Assembly (NCBI GenBank): GCA_043826455.1
Contig: JBDRQD010000076.1
Span: 1 to 38,612 of the forward strand
Direction of reading: 5' to 3'
DNA: 38,612 nt
From: Candidatus Bathyarchaeota archaeon
Lineage (GTDB): Archaea > Thermoproteota > Bathyarchaeia > TCS64
Positions 1-8,544 of the stretch are shown here, one piece after another (position 1 is the stretch's first letter; every line of letters begins with the position of its first letter). The notes beneath the pieces were generated by a model. That model saw only the letters and a program-made list of their open reading frames with translations. It did no database searches and was not told the origin of the DNA. Position numbers and translations under genes: made by a program.

Positions 1-468
1 GGGAAAGCCAACTACGCCTTCATGATGGACAGGTTCAAACGGCTCCAGGTCGGGGACCTGGAGTGGAGCAGCAGCATAAGGGAGTGGCTCCGCGAGCGGG
101 AGAGCCCCGGCAGTTGCATCTACTGCGGCTCACGGGAGAAGCTCACCGTGGACCACATGATACCCCTCAGCCGCGGAGGTCTGGACCACCCAGACAACGC
201 CGTAATGGTCTGCGGCCAGTGCAACTCATCCAAGGGAGACAAGAGGCTCTACGAGTTCTTCGGCTTGGAGAAGCGGAACCAGGTTCCCAGGATAGCCGAG
301 GGAAAGTACCTGAAGCTCCTCCACATGGAGCTGGACAGGCGCGGCCTACTGAACGCCGGCAGAGACAACATCACAGCCCTCTGCAGCGGCTGCGACCTCG
401 GCTACAGGTGCCCCGAGGCGGGCGACCTCACCGTCTACTGCCTGGAGGGCATGTTCAAGAAGAGCTGA
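1..468 (+). CDS. HNH endonuclease family protein, 5'-truncated, with C-terminal Cys cluster
   Basis: Frame is open from base 1 (GKANYAFMMDRF...), so the true start is probably upstream of the window. Motif CIYCGSREKLTVDHMIPLSRGGLDHPDNAVMVCGQCNSSKG is a Zn-binding HNH signature. Confidence 0.85.
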   Translation, partial: GKANYAFMMDRFKRLQVGDLEWSSSIREWLRERESPGSCIYCGSREKLTVDHMIPLSRGGLDHPDNAVMVCGQCNSSKGDKRLYEFFGLEKRNQVPRIAEGKYLKLLHMELDRRGLLNAGRDNITALCSGCDLGYRCPEAGDLTVYCLEGMFKKS

Positions 469-470
469 CT

Positions 471-923
471 CTAACTTCTCTTCACCTTGGGCAGAAACAT
501 GCCCACCCTCTCGGTGTACCTCAGCCACTCCTCGCCGAATCTCTCCTTCAGCAGCGCGTCCTCCCTCTCCGCCCTGTACCTGGCGGAGGGCACCGACAGC
601 AGAAGAGTGTATACCACAGACAGCCAGCTACTCAGGTAGAGGCCCACGCCCAACGCCATCAACAGGAAGCACAGGTACAGGGGGTGCCTGCAGAACCCGT
701 AGGGGCCCCGGGTCACCAGGTGGTCAAGCACAGGCTCCGTGCTCCCCAGGAACCCTCCTCGCAGGTAGGCGAGGACGTAGAAGAACAGGGCCACGCTCAC
801 AACAAGAAGCCCGGAGCCCGCCAGCCTCATAGCCGGGTCAACCGATCTGTCAGTGAACCCCACCAGCAGGTTGCCCGTGAACACCGCCACGAACTGGAGG
901 GCGGCCACATCCACCTTAACCAT
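471..923 (-). CDS. Isoprenylcysteine carboxyl methyltransferase / phospholipid methyltransferase family membrane protein
   Basis: LVTRGPYGFCRHPLYL and AEREDALLKERFGEEWLRYTERV motifs, with hydrophobic helices. ATG at 923 is preferred over the ORF-track start at 962. Confidence 0.8.
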   Translation of the reverse strand: MVKVDVAALQFVAVFTGNLLVGFTDRSVDPAMRLAGSGLLVVSVALFFYVLAYLRGGFLGSTEPVLDHLVTRGPYGFCRHPLYLCFLLMALGVGLYLSSWLSVVYTLLLSVPSARYRAEREDALLKERFGEEWLRYTERVGMFLPKVKRS

Positions 924-1006
924 CAACCTATCCTCCACCCACGCCCGGATATAGGTTGCCACCCGAACACGTTAATACGCGCCCCGCACCGGTTCAACCT
1001 GAAACC

Positions 1007-1894
1007 ATGAGCATGGAGCACATCACCGAGCACGTGGCCTTCATCCCAGGCGCCGTCAACGTCGGCGTAGTAAAGTCAGGAGCCGGGGCCACAGTCATCG
1101 ACACCGGCCTCGACAAGGACTCCGGCCGAGCCATAAGGAAAGCCCTAGAGGACGAGGGCCTCGCCCTCAAAGCCATCATCAACACCCACAGCCACGCCGA
1201 CCACTTCGGCGGCAACGACTACCTGACGCGAAACCTAGGCGCAGAGGTCTACGCCCCCGAGGTGGAGTCCGGCATCATTCAGAACCCTATCCTGGAGCCC
1301 CTGTACCTGTTCCACGGCGCCGCACCCATCAGCAGCCTCCGCAACAGGTTCGTCCTGGCCAAGCCCAGCCCCGTCCACCACATCCTCCAGCCCGGCAAGA
1401 TAACCATTATCGGGGTCGAGATGGAGATCGTGGCCCTCCCCGGCCACAGCCTCAACCAAGTGGGCGTCCTCGCCGACGGCGTCCTCTTCTGCGCCGACAC
1501 CGTGTTCAGCGAACGCGTCATCGACAAGTACAGGGTCCCCGTGGTCCAGGACGTGGACAGTCACCTCAAGACCCTCAAGGCCCTGGGCGAGACCGGCCAC
1601 AGCCTCTACGTGCCGGGGCACACCAAACCCACCGAGAGCATAACCGGCCTTGTTGACAGAAACCTGAAGGCAACCGAAACCATCCTCAACGACGTATACA
1701 GCCTACTGGATGAGCCCAGGACCAGCGAGCAGGTACAAGCCCAGCTCTGCACCTCCTACGGCCTGGACCTGGACGTGGTCCAGCAGTACTACCTCATCCA
1801 CACCACCGTCATGGCCTACCTGGGCCACCTCCACGAAGAGAAAAAGATCACGGCAGAGCTTAAGGACAACAGCCTGCGCTGGAAGAGAGCCTAG
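1007..1894 (+). CDS. Metallo-beta-lactamase fold hydrolase with C-terminal winged-helix-like domain
   Basis: IDTG, THSHADHFGG, LPGHS, AD and PGH motifs. ATG at 1007 lies ~30 nt after a TTAATA box. Confidence 0.85.
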   Translation: MSMEHITEHVAFIPGAVNVGVVKSGAGATVIDTGLDKDSGRAIRKALEDEGLALKAIINTHSHADHFGGNDYLTRNLGAEVYAPEVESGIIQNPILEPLYLFHGAAPISSLRNRFVLAKPSPVHHILQPGKITIIGVEMEIVALPGHSLNQVGVLADGVLFCADTVFSERVIDKYRVPVVQDVDSHLKTLKALGETGHSLYVPGHTKPTESITGLVDRNLKATETILNDVYSLLDEPRTSEQVQAQLCTSYGLDLDVVQQYYLIHTTVMAYLGHLHEEKKITAELKDNSLRWKRA

Positions 1895-3168
1895 CCTACC
1901 ACAGGCTCCACGCCCAGCTTCTCCTCAGCCCTGGGCTCCCTGACCCTCAGCCAGAACAGGGCCGCGGAGACCAGGCCTACAACCATGCTCAGCTGGAAGG
2001 GCAGCTGGGGGCTCACCGTGTCCCAAAGGTAGCCCCCCAGCACCGAGCCAGGCGCAGCCACCACAGCCGTCAGCGTCCCTATAGTACCCAGCACAGTAGC
2101 ACGCTTCTCCGGGGGCACCAGGTCGGCTATCAGGGCGTTCCAGCTGGGGCCCCCGGCCTCCATGCCGCTCCCCCCGATGGCTATGCCGGCGGCGTTGAAC
2201 ACCCGGACAGCGAAGTAGGCGTTGAAGCCCCCCGCCAGCGTCACCAGGCCCTGGCTGATGGGGGACACAGTGCGGCCCAGCATGATGTTGTTCTTCCTGC
2301 CGTACCTGTCGCTCAGCATCCCCCCGGGCAAGGCCAACAAGGTGGCGACCGCCCCCACGGCGGTGTTGACTAGGCCTAGCTGCGCCGGGCTCAGCAGGAG
2401 CACCTCCAATGCGTACAGGTTGATGAGGTCGAAGACGAGCCGCGAGCTGAAGCTGCCGATGATGGCCACCACGATCATCACCTTGATGGTCTCAGGGAAC
2501 TCCCTGAACATCTTGCCCGTGGGCACCAGAGGCGCCTTACTGTCACGGTGCCTGCCCTCGATGGTCTCGTGGAGGATCATGTGCCGCACCACCGTCATGA
2601 TGAGCCCCACCACCACCTGGAGGACCAGAAACACCTTGATCCCGAACTCGTACCCGTAGCTCTCTATGGCCAGGCCCCCGATGAGGGGCCCCACCATGTT
2701 GGGTATGTTGGTTATCGTGTTATAGGCCCCGTACCCGGCCCCCCTCCTCTTCTCGGGCAGGCTGTCGGCCACGATGGCCGAGAACGCCGGCATGTAGAGG
2801 CTGGCCATCCCGTTGATGAGGGCCGCAGGTATAATCCATTCCCAGCTGGGCGCCAGGAAGTAGATGAGAGGCGAAAGCGTCCGGATCAGGGTCCCGTAGA
2901 CGATGATCTTCTTCCGGCCGTACCTGTCAGCCAGGATGCCCCCGGGCAGCTGGAACAGGAGACGCTCAGCCGTGGTGATGGCGGTTATCAGGCCGATGAT
3001 GGTGACTGTGGCCCCCAGGTTGTCCTTCATGTACTTGGGCCAGAAGGGGCTCCACCCCTGCTGAACCAGGCTCCAGAGGCTGGTGGTGAGGGAGATGGCC
3101 AGGATGTTCCTGTTGCTGAACACGTCCCGGACCATGCTCCAGTATTCCCGCGCCCCCAAACCCTTCAC
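1891..3168 (-). CDS. Major facilitator superfamily transporter
   Basis: About 12 hydrophobic segments, with duplicated motif A (GGILADRYGRKK and GGMLSDRYGRKN). Confidence 0.9.
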   Translation of the reverse strand: MKGLGAREYWSMVRDVFSNRNILAISLTTSLWSLVQQGWSPFWPKYMKDNLGATVTIIGLITAITTAERLLFQLPGGILADRYGRKKIIVYGTLIRTLSPLIYFLAPSWEWIIPAALINGMASLYMPAFSAIVADSLPEKRRGAGYGAYNTITNIPNMVGPLIGGLAIESYGYEFGIKVFLVLQVVVGLIMTVVRHMILHETIEGRHRDSKAPLVPTGKMFREFPETIKVMIVVAIIGSFSSRLVFDLINLYALEVLLLSPAQLGLVNTAVGAVATLLALPGGMLSDRYGRKNNIMLGRTVSPISQGLVTLAGGFNAYFAVRVFNAAGIAIGGSGMEAGGPSWNALIADLVPPEKRATVLGTIGTLTAVVAAPGSVLGGYLWDTVSPQLPFQLSMVVGLVSAALFWLRVREPRAEEKLGVEPVVG

Positions 3169-3177
3169 CGACGAATG

Positions 3178-3229
3178 TAGAGGGTACCTACGTTACTATG
3201 ATTTAGAGGTTACCTAGGCTAGGAACCTC
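3178..3229. promoter_or_regulatory. Repeated, palindromic operator-like elements in the divergent MFS/amidase intergenic region
   Basis: TAGAGGGTACCTA (3178-3190) and TAGAGGTTACCTA (3204-3216) are 26 bp apart. The second copy overlaps an inverted repeat GAGGTT(A)CCTAG-G-CTAGGAACCTC (3206-3229). Confidence 0.4.
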
Positions 3230-3295
3230 CTTCGCAGCCCAAATCGAGTAGCGGGACGATTACAGTTTAAACGCAGTTCAGCCCCATTGAAGACC

Positions 3296-4750
3296 ATGAC
3301 CCAGAGCCCTAACGTGCTCGAGCTAACCATCAGCGGCTTCCACACGGCCCTCAGGGACGGCGCAGCGACCTGTCAGCAGCTGACGGAAACCTACCTAGAC
3401 AGGATCAGCAGACTCGACCAGGCCACCGGCCTCAACTCCATGGTGGTCATCAACCCCCGCGCCACAGCCCAGGCCGCGGCCCTAGACCAGGAGCTCAAGA
3501 AGGGTACGCTGAGGCCCCTCCACGGCGTCCCCGTCATCGTCAAGGACAACTACGACACCCACGACCTGCAGACAGCCGCAGGCAGCATAGCCCTCAAGGG
3601 CTCGCTGCCCCCCGACGACGCGTACCAGGTGAGAAAGTTAAGGGAGGCTGGCGTAGTGGTCCTGGGGAAGAGCAACATGGCCGAGTGGGCCTTCAGCCCC
3701 TACGAGACCGTGAGCAGCATCGCCGGCACCACCAGGAACCCCTACGACCTGAGCCGTGTGCCGGCGGGCAGCAGCGGCGGCACAGCCGCCGCCGTCGCCG
3801 CCAACCTGGGCCTCATAGGCTTGGGCACCGACACCGGCAACAGCATCCGAGGCCCCAGTAGCCACTGCTGCCTCGTCGGGGTACGCAGCACCATGGGCCT
3901 CACCAGCCGCGACGGCATAGTGCCCCTCTACCTCCGGAACGACGTCGGGGGTCCCATATGCCGCACCGTGGAGGACGCGGCAAGGGTCCTGAACGTGATA
4001 GCCGGCCACGACCCCGCCGACCCCATAACCGCCCTCAGCCGCGGTAAAGTGCCTGCCAGCTACACGGATCACCTCCGCCCGGACGGGCTGGAGGGCGCCC
4101 GGATCGGCGTCTTCAGACACTACACGGACCAGTCCACCACCGACCCGGAGGTACTCAAGGTCTTCGAGAAGGCCGTCGATGACCTGGACAGCGGCGGAGC
4201 CGAGGTGGTGGACCCCATCAAGGTCCCCGGCTTCGAGGAGCTCACCCAGGACCTCTGGTGTACCACCTTCAGGAGAGACCTGGACAAGTACCTATCCACA
4301 CTGAAGAACCCGTCCCACAGGAGCCTCAGGGAGATCGTGGACAGCGGCCAACACGGAGACCATGTAGCCGACAGGCTCAGGAGGATGCTGGACGCTCCCG
4401 AGCCCACGTGCGGCGACGTCTACACGGAGCCCAGGAACATACGTCTGAGGAAGACGATCCTCAAGGCCATGAATGATGCAGGGGTAGACGCCATCGTTTA
4501 CCCCACGTGGAGTAACCCTCCGAGGCTCGTAGGGGACCTGGAGAGCCCCCACGGCGACAACAGTCAGAGGATACCCCCTCACACGGGGATGCCGGGCATC
4601 AGCGTTCCAATGGGTTTCACATATGGCTGTCTCCCCGCGGGTCTGCAGATCGTGGGCGGCCTCTTTGACGAGGACGGGCTCCTGGGCATGGCTTACGGGT
4701 ACGAGCAGGCAACGGGCCACAGGAGGCCCTCGGAGCTGTTCTCCAGCTAG
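3296..4750 (+). CDS. Amidase signature family protein
   Basis: [12 protein letters not shown] (catalytic Lys), [13 protein letters not shown] and [12 protein letters not shown] (Ser-cisSer). ATG 3296 is ~25 nt after TTTAAA (3266-3271). The ORF track gives TTG 3287. Confidence 0.9.
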   Translation: MTQSPNVLELTISGFHTALRDGAATCQQLTETYLDRISRLDQATGLNSMVVINPRATAQAAALDQELKKGTLRPLHGVPVIVKDNYDTHDLQTAAGSIALKGSLPPDDAYQVRKLREAGVVVLGKSNMAEWAFSPYETVSSIAGTTRNPYDLSRVPAGSSGGTAAAVAANLGLIGLGTDTGNSIRGPSSHCCLVGVRSTMGLTSRDGIVPLYLRNDVGGPICRTVEDAARVLNVIAGHDPADPITALSRGKVPASYTDHLRPDGLEGARIGVFRHYTDQSTTDPEVLKVFEKAVDDLDSGGAEVVDPIKVPGFEELTQDLWCTTFRRDLDKYLSTLKNPSHRSLREIVDSGQHGDHVADRLRRMLDAPEPTCGDVYTEPRNIRLRKTILKAMNDAGVDAIVYPTWSNPPRLVGDLESPHGDNSQRIPPHTGMPGISVPMGFTYGCLPAGLQIVGGLFDEDGLLGMAYGYEQATGHRRPSELFSS

Positions 4751-4855
4751 CTTCTTTTAAAGAAATCATGGATTCAACGTTAAGTAACCGGTTACAGTAC
4801 CATTAACGGGACAGTAGGCACGGTTATTATCTGGCGCATAGACAAGTCTCCATAG

Positions 4856-5128
4856 GTGAAGGTGACAAACATCAAGGTCTCCAAAGAGCTGTCCAGCCAC
4901 ATACACGAGCAGAGGGCCCAGGGCAAGACAGAGGAGATCAACGTCATAATAACCCTCAAGAAGGCTGTGGAGCCCTCCCGCCTAAAGGCCATGGGCCTGA
5001 GAGTGACAAACGTGTCCCAGGCCGGCCTCTGGGTCGCAGGGGCCATCACCGCGGACAACCTGGAGAGGCTGCTGAAGCTCCCAGAGGTGGAGCAGGCGGA
5101 CCTGGACGGAGAGATCAGGGCCCTCTAG
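4856..5128 (+). CDS. Small protein resembling a stand-alone subtilisin propeptide (inhibitor I9-like fold)
   Basis: VIITLKK...VAGAITADNLERLLKLPEVEQADLDGEIRAL aligns by eye with the downstream protease N-terminus VIVTFKE...VSASLPDSAIEDLKKNPRVESVEPDGEIYAF. Confidence 0.65.
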   Translation: MKVTNIKVSKELSSHIHEQRAQGKTEEINVIITLKKAVEPSRLKAMGLRVTNVSQAGLWVAGAITADNLERLLKLPEVEQADLDGEIRAL

Positions 5129-5174
5129 AGCCTGACCCTGTGCGAGGCTTGACCGGTGCGCCAGGAGAAAAACA

Positions 5175-6386
5175 TTGGTAGAGAGAAAACCGGTCATCGT
5201 GACCTTTAAGGAGAAGGCCGACCCGGACATCGTCCAAAAATCAGCCGAGAAAGCCAAGGTATCCTTCTACGCTATGCCAACCCTCAGGATGGCTGAGCTT
5301 GCACCGGATGTGGAGCCCGAGTCCCTGGGAATCGTCATCGAGTCAGTCAACGCCGTATCAGCAAGCTTGCCCGACTCCGCTATAGAGGACCTCAAGAAGA
5401 ACCCCAGGGTGGAGAGCGTGGAGCCCGACGGCGAGATATACGCCTTCGAGCAGCCCGCCCTAATGGACCCCACTCTTCGCCCGGAGCTTCTCCCCATCGA
5501 CAGGAGGCTCATCTTCCCCCTGCGGTGCGGGTACACCGACGCCATCCCGTGGGGGGTGGACAGGATCGACGCCGAGCGGGCCTGGGAGGTGACCCAGGGC
5601 AAGGGCATCAAGGTAGCCGTCGTGGATACGGGCATCGATTATACACATCTGGACCTCAGACCCAACTACAGGGGAGGGATAAGCTTCGTCCCCACTGAGC
5701 GCAGCCCCATGGATTACAACAGGCACGGAACTCACGTCTCGGGCACCATCGCCGCGGCCAGGAACTGCTTGGGCGTCGTAGGTGTGGCGCCCTCAGCGTA
5801 CCTCTACGCTGTGAAGGTGCTCAACTCCAGGGGCTCGGGGATGTGGAGCTACCTGCTGGCAGGGCTGGAGTGGTGCGTAAGGAACCGCATGGACGTGGTG
5901 AACATGAGCCTGGGCGCGAGCACGGCTCCGACAATAATCGAGAGGATATGTGACTTCGCCTACCGCAACAACATACTGCTTGTGGCGGCCGCGGGGAACA
6001 CCGGCGGCGCTGTGGGTTACCCCGCCAGGTACAGGTCCGTGATAGCCGTCTCGGCCACAACTGCAAGCAACACGTTGGCAGCCTTCTCGTCCAGGGGCCC
6101 AGAGGTGGAGCTCTGCGCCCCGGGCGACCAGGTGTACTCCACCCTCCCAGGGAACAAGTACGGCATCCTGTCCGGCACCAGCATGGCGGCGCCCCACGTC
6201 ACAGGCGTCGGAGCACTCGCCATATCCTCCCACAGGTACGCCATCCCCATGAAGGGCGTGGAGATCATACGGAAGCTTCTGTGCTGGACGGCCGACAACC
6301 TGGGCTTACCCGGCAGAGACCCACTGTATGGATACGGTCTGGTGGACGCGGAGCAGGCGTCCTTCGAGAGGCGTCTGCCTCCCTAA
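5175..6386 (+). CDS. Subtilisin-like serine protease (S8) with I9-type propeptide, no obvious signal peptide
   Basis: Catalytic triad motifs VAVVDTGID, HGTHVSGTIAA and GTSMAAPHV, with oxyanion AAAGN. AGGAGA RBS precedes the TTG start. Confidence 0.95.
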   Translation: MVERKPVIVTFKEKADPDIVQKSAEKAKVSFYAMPTLRMAELAPDVEPESLGIVIESVNAVSASLPDSAIEDLKKNPRVESVEPDGEIYAFEQPALMDPTLRPELLPIDRRLIFPLRCGYTDAIPWGVDRIDAERAWEVTQGKGIKVAVVDTGIDYTHLDLRPNYRGGISFVPTERSPMDYNRHGTHVSGTIAAARNCLGVVGVAPSAYLYAVKVLNSRGSGMWSYLLAGLEWCVRNRMDVVNMSLGASTAPTIIERICDFAYRNNILLVAAAGNTGGAVGYPARYRSVIAVSATTASNTLAAFSSRGPEVELCAPGDQVYSTLPGNKYGILSGTSMAAPHVTGVGALAISSHRYAIPMKGVEIIRKLLCWTADNLGLPGRDPLYGYGLVDAEQASFERRLPP

Positions 6387-6398
6387 CCCCCTTTTTTT
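6387..6398 (+). terminator. Archaeal oligo-T terminator candidate
   Basis: CCCCCTTTTTTT immediately follows the protease stop, at a convergent gene junction. Confidence 0.45.
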
Positions 6399-7641
6399 AG
6401 AACTCCTCGATGGTCACAGGCTTCACATGGGTTCTGAACGCACTGTCCAGTGTCTCAACGTATGAGGAGTCTGACACTTCAACAAGCCCGTAGGCCCAGA
6501 GCTTCCTCAGGTCCACGACGCCCATGATGAGGCTGCTGAGCCACTCCACGCTTAGGGTCAGCTCCACGTCGAAGCCTCCGCCGTCCACCACCTCGGGCCT
6601 GCCTCCCGTGAAGTGGACCAAGGTGCTCCCGTGGTTCCCCGGCAAGAAAGTGTCCACCACGTTGAGCCTGAGCCTCAGGTCTACGCCCCCGAAGCTGTGG
6701 TTCTCTAGCTGGCGGAGGAGCCCCCGGGTGTCCAGCACCCTGTACATGATGCCCACGCCCTGAACATTGGTCTCCTGGCTCGTGTAGAAGATGTGGGGCT
6801 CACCGTTCCTGGGGTCGTCCATGAGGAAGTGGATGTCGTCGTCCATGGTGCAGAGCACTACTCTCTCCACCTGGTCCAGCTGGGTGCGGAGGAAGGCCAT
6901 GAGGCCGAGGAGGGCGTCCCTGCTCAGGTAGATGAGGGTCTGGACCTCTATGTCCTGGAGGAGCATGTGGTCGGGGTCCAGCTTCTTGAACCCGAAGGCT
7001 AGGAACCCCTCCACCTCACCGCTCCTCTTATAGCCCACCACCTTCGACCTCTTCAGCAGCCTCTCGAAGTAGGGGAGCTGCTTCTCTATCATGCCGTGGG
7101 TCCCGTGGGCGTACCTGTTGTAGCACTCCAGCAGCAGGGGGGCGTCGCCATCCCTCATCCAATCAACGTTATCTTTGTTGACCCGAGGCAGGTCCCCGGG
7201 CCTGAACCTGTACTTGTTCATCTTGCGGCCGTACCCGTACCCCATCCGCCTGTAGAAGTCGGGCCTGAAAGGGTAGAGCACAGCCAAGGCCGCGCCCCGC
7301 TCCAGGTAGTGGCGGTGGAACCACTCCATCATGTCCTTGGACACGTGCTCCTTCTTGCGGGCCAGGTCCACGAATACGTTGCCCACTCCCCCGGTGAACA
7401 CACTGCTCTCATAGACCGTCATGTAGAAGTCGTGGAGCCTCATGCCTCCCACCATGGCGCCACCACGGTAGCAGCCGTAGTACTTGACCGGGCCCTCCTC
7501 CTGGTTGGTCTTCCTCATCCGCTCCACCCAGCCCTGCCTCCGCTCCTCCGTCACGTCGCTAAACATGGCAGGGTACGCGTCCAGAGTCATACGGGCGTAC
7601 TCGTCGAACTCCTCCCTCTTAACGAGCCTGACCTCACTCAT
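6397..7641 (-). CDS. Eis-like GNAT acetyltransferase (tandem GNAT plus SCP2-like domain)
   Basis: GGVGNVFVDLARKKEH, LYPFRPDFYRRMGYG and MYRVLD motifs, about 414 aa, ending in ...EEF like Eis proteins. Confidence 0.85.
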   Translation of the reverse strand: MSEVRLVKREEFDEYARMTLDAYPAMFSDVTEERRQGWVERMRKTNQEEGPVKYYGCYRGGAMVGGMRLHDFYMTVYESSVFTGGVGNVFVDLARKKEHVSKDMMEWFHRHYLERGAALAVLYPFRPDFYRRMGYGYGRKMNKYRFRPGDLPRVNKDNVDWMRDGDAPLLLECYNRYAHGTHGMIEKQLPYFERLLKRSKVVGYKRSGEVEGFLAFGFKKLDPDHMLLQDIEVQTLIYLSRDALLGLMAFLRTQLDQVERVVLCTMDDDIHFLMDDPRNGEPHIFYTSQETNVQGVGIMYRVLDTRGLLRQLENHSFGGVDLRLRLNVVDTFLPGNHGSTLVHFTGGRPEVVDGGGFDVELTLSVEWLSSLIMGVVDLRKLWAYGLVEVSDSSYVETLDSAFRTHVKPVTIEEF

Positions 7642-7686
7642 GAACCAGAGTATAGCCGGGAAAAAGATAAAATGTGGTAAGGAAAG

Positions 7687-8544
7687 CTACGAAAACTCCC
7701 GCAGCAGTCCTGAGATGTCGGGCTTCAGAGGCTGCTTAACCAGCGGGCCTTCGCTCAGGGCGGGGAAGCTCTCCTCGTAGGTGGGCCGGTCCTCCACGTA
7801 GAAGACGCCCAGGGGTATCCTGTTGCCCCACTCCAGGGCCTTCTGGTAAGCTGCGTTAAAGTCGCCCACGTCGTGGCCTTCGTCCTCTAGCTTGTAGACC
7901 TGCTGCTTGTAGAATTCGTAGGTGTTCACCCTGTTGAAGGACACACATGGCTGGAGCACGTCCACCAGGGCGAAACCCTTGTGCTGAATGGCCTGCTTCA
8001 GGACCTCCGTCATTTGCTTGGGCTCCCCCGCGAAGGCACGGGCCACGAAGGACGCGTTGCCCGTGAGAGCCTGGGTCAGCGGGTTGACGCCCGGCTCCGC
8101 GCTGCCTCGCGGCGAGGTCTTGGTGACGAAACCCTGCCTGCTGGTGGGGCTGGTCTGGCCCGTGGTGAGCCCATAGATGAGGTTATCGTGCACAATGTAG
8201 GTCATGTCCACGTTGCGTCGCGCCGCGTGGGGGAAGTGGCCCATCCCTATGTTGAAGGCGTCCCCGTCCCCGGCGAAGCCCAGCACTGTGAGCCCGTGGT
8301 TGGCCACCCTTATGGCGGTGGCAGCGGGCAGCACCCTGCCGTGGATGACGTGGAGGGCGTTCACCTTCAGGTAGTCGGTGATCTTGCCGTGGCACCCGAT
8401 CCCTGAGACGGCCACCACCTCATCCGGCCTCAGGCCAAGCTGGATGATGGCCTGCTTCACGGTCATGAGTATGGCGAAGTTGCCGCAGCCCGGGCACCAG
8501 GTGTTGGCGGCCCCCGTCTCCAGGTCCCTCATGGTTAGGCTCAT
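7687..8544 (-). CDS. korB: 2-oxoacid:ferredoxin oxidoreductase beta subunit (substrate not determinable)
   Basis: WCPGCGNF, SGIGCH, HGR, TPP-binding GDGD...DNLIYGLTTGQTSPT and QPCVSFN. Confidence 0.92.
   Translation of the reverse strand: MSLTMRDLETGAANTWCPGCGNFAILMTVKQAIIQLGLRPDEVVAVSGIGCHGKITDYLKVNALHVIHGRVLPAATAIRVANHGLTVLGFAGDGDAFNIGMGHFPHAARRNVDMTYIVHDNLIYGLTTGQTSPTSRQGFVTKTSPRGSAEPGVNPLTQALTGNASFVARAFAGEPKQMTEVLKQAIQHKGFALVDVLQPCVSFNRVNTYEFYKQQVYKLEDEGHDVGDFNAAYQKALEWGNRIPLGVFYVEDRPTYEESFPALSEGPLVKQPLKPDISGLLREFS

Noticed and set aside
1007..1894. MBL-fold protein as the MptH/MJ0301-type dihydropteroate synthase
   Set aside because: It lies ~27 kb from the cofactor block, has a generic glyoxalase-II-like pattern with a C-terminal winged helix, and a DHPS-like gene is already next to mptG.
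4752..4795. Short palindromes TTCTTT-T-AAAGAA and GTAACCGGTTAC after the amidase
   Set aside because: These are single short occurrences with no matching copies noticed elsewhere, so they could be chance or a weak terminator.
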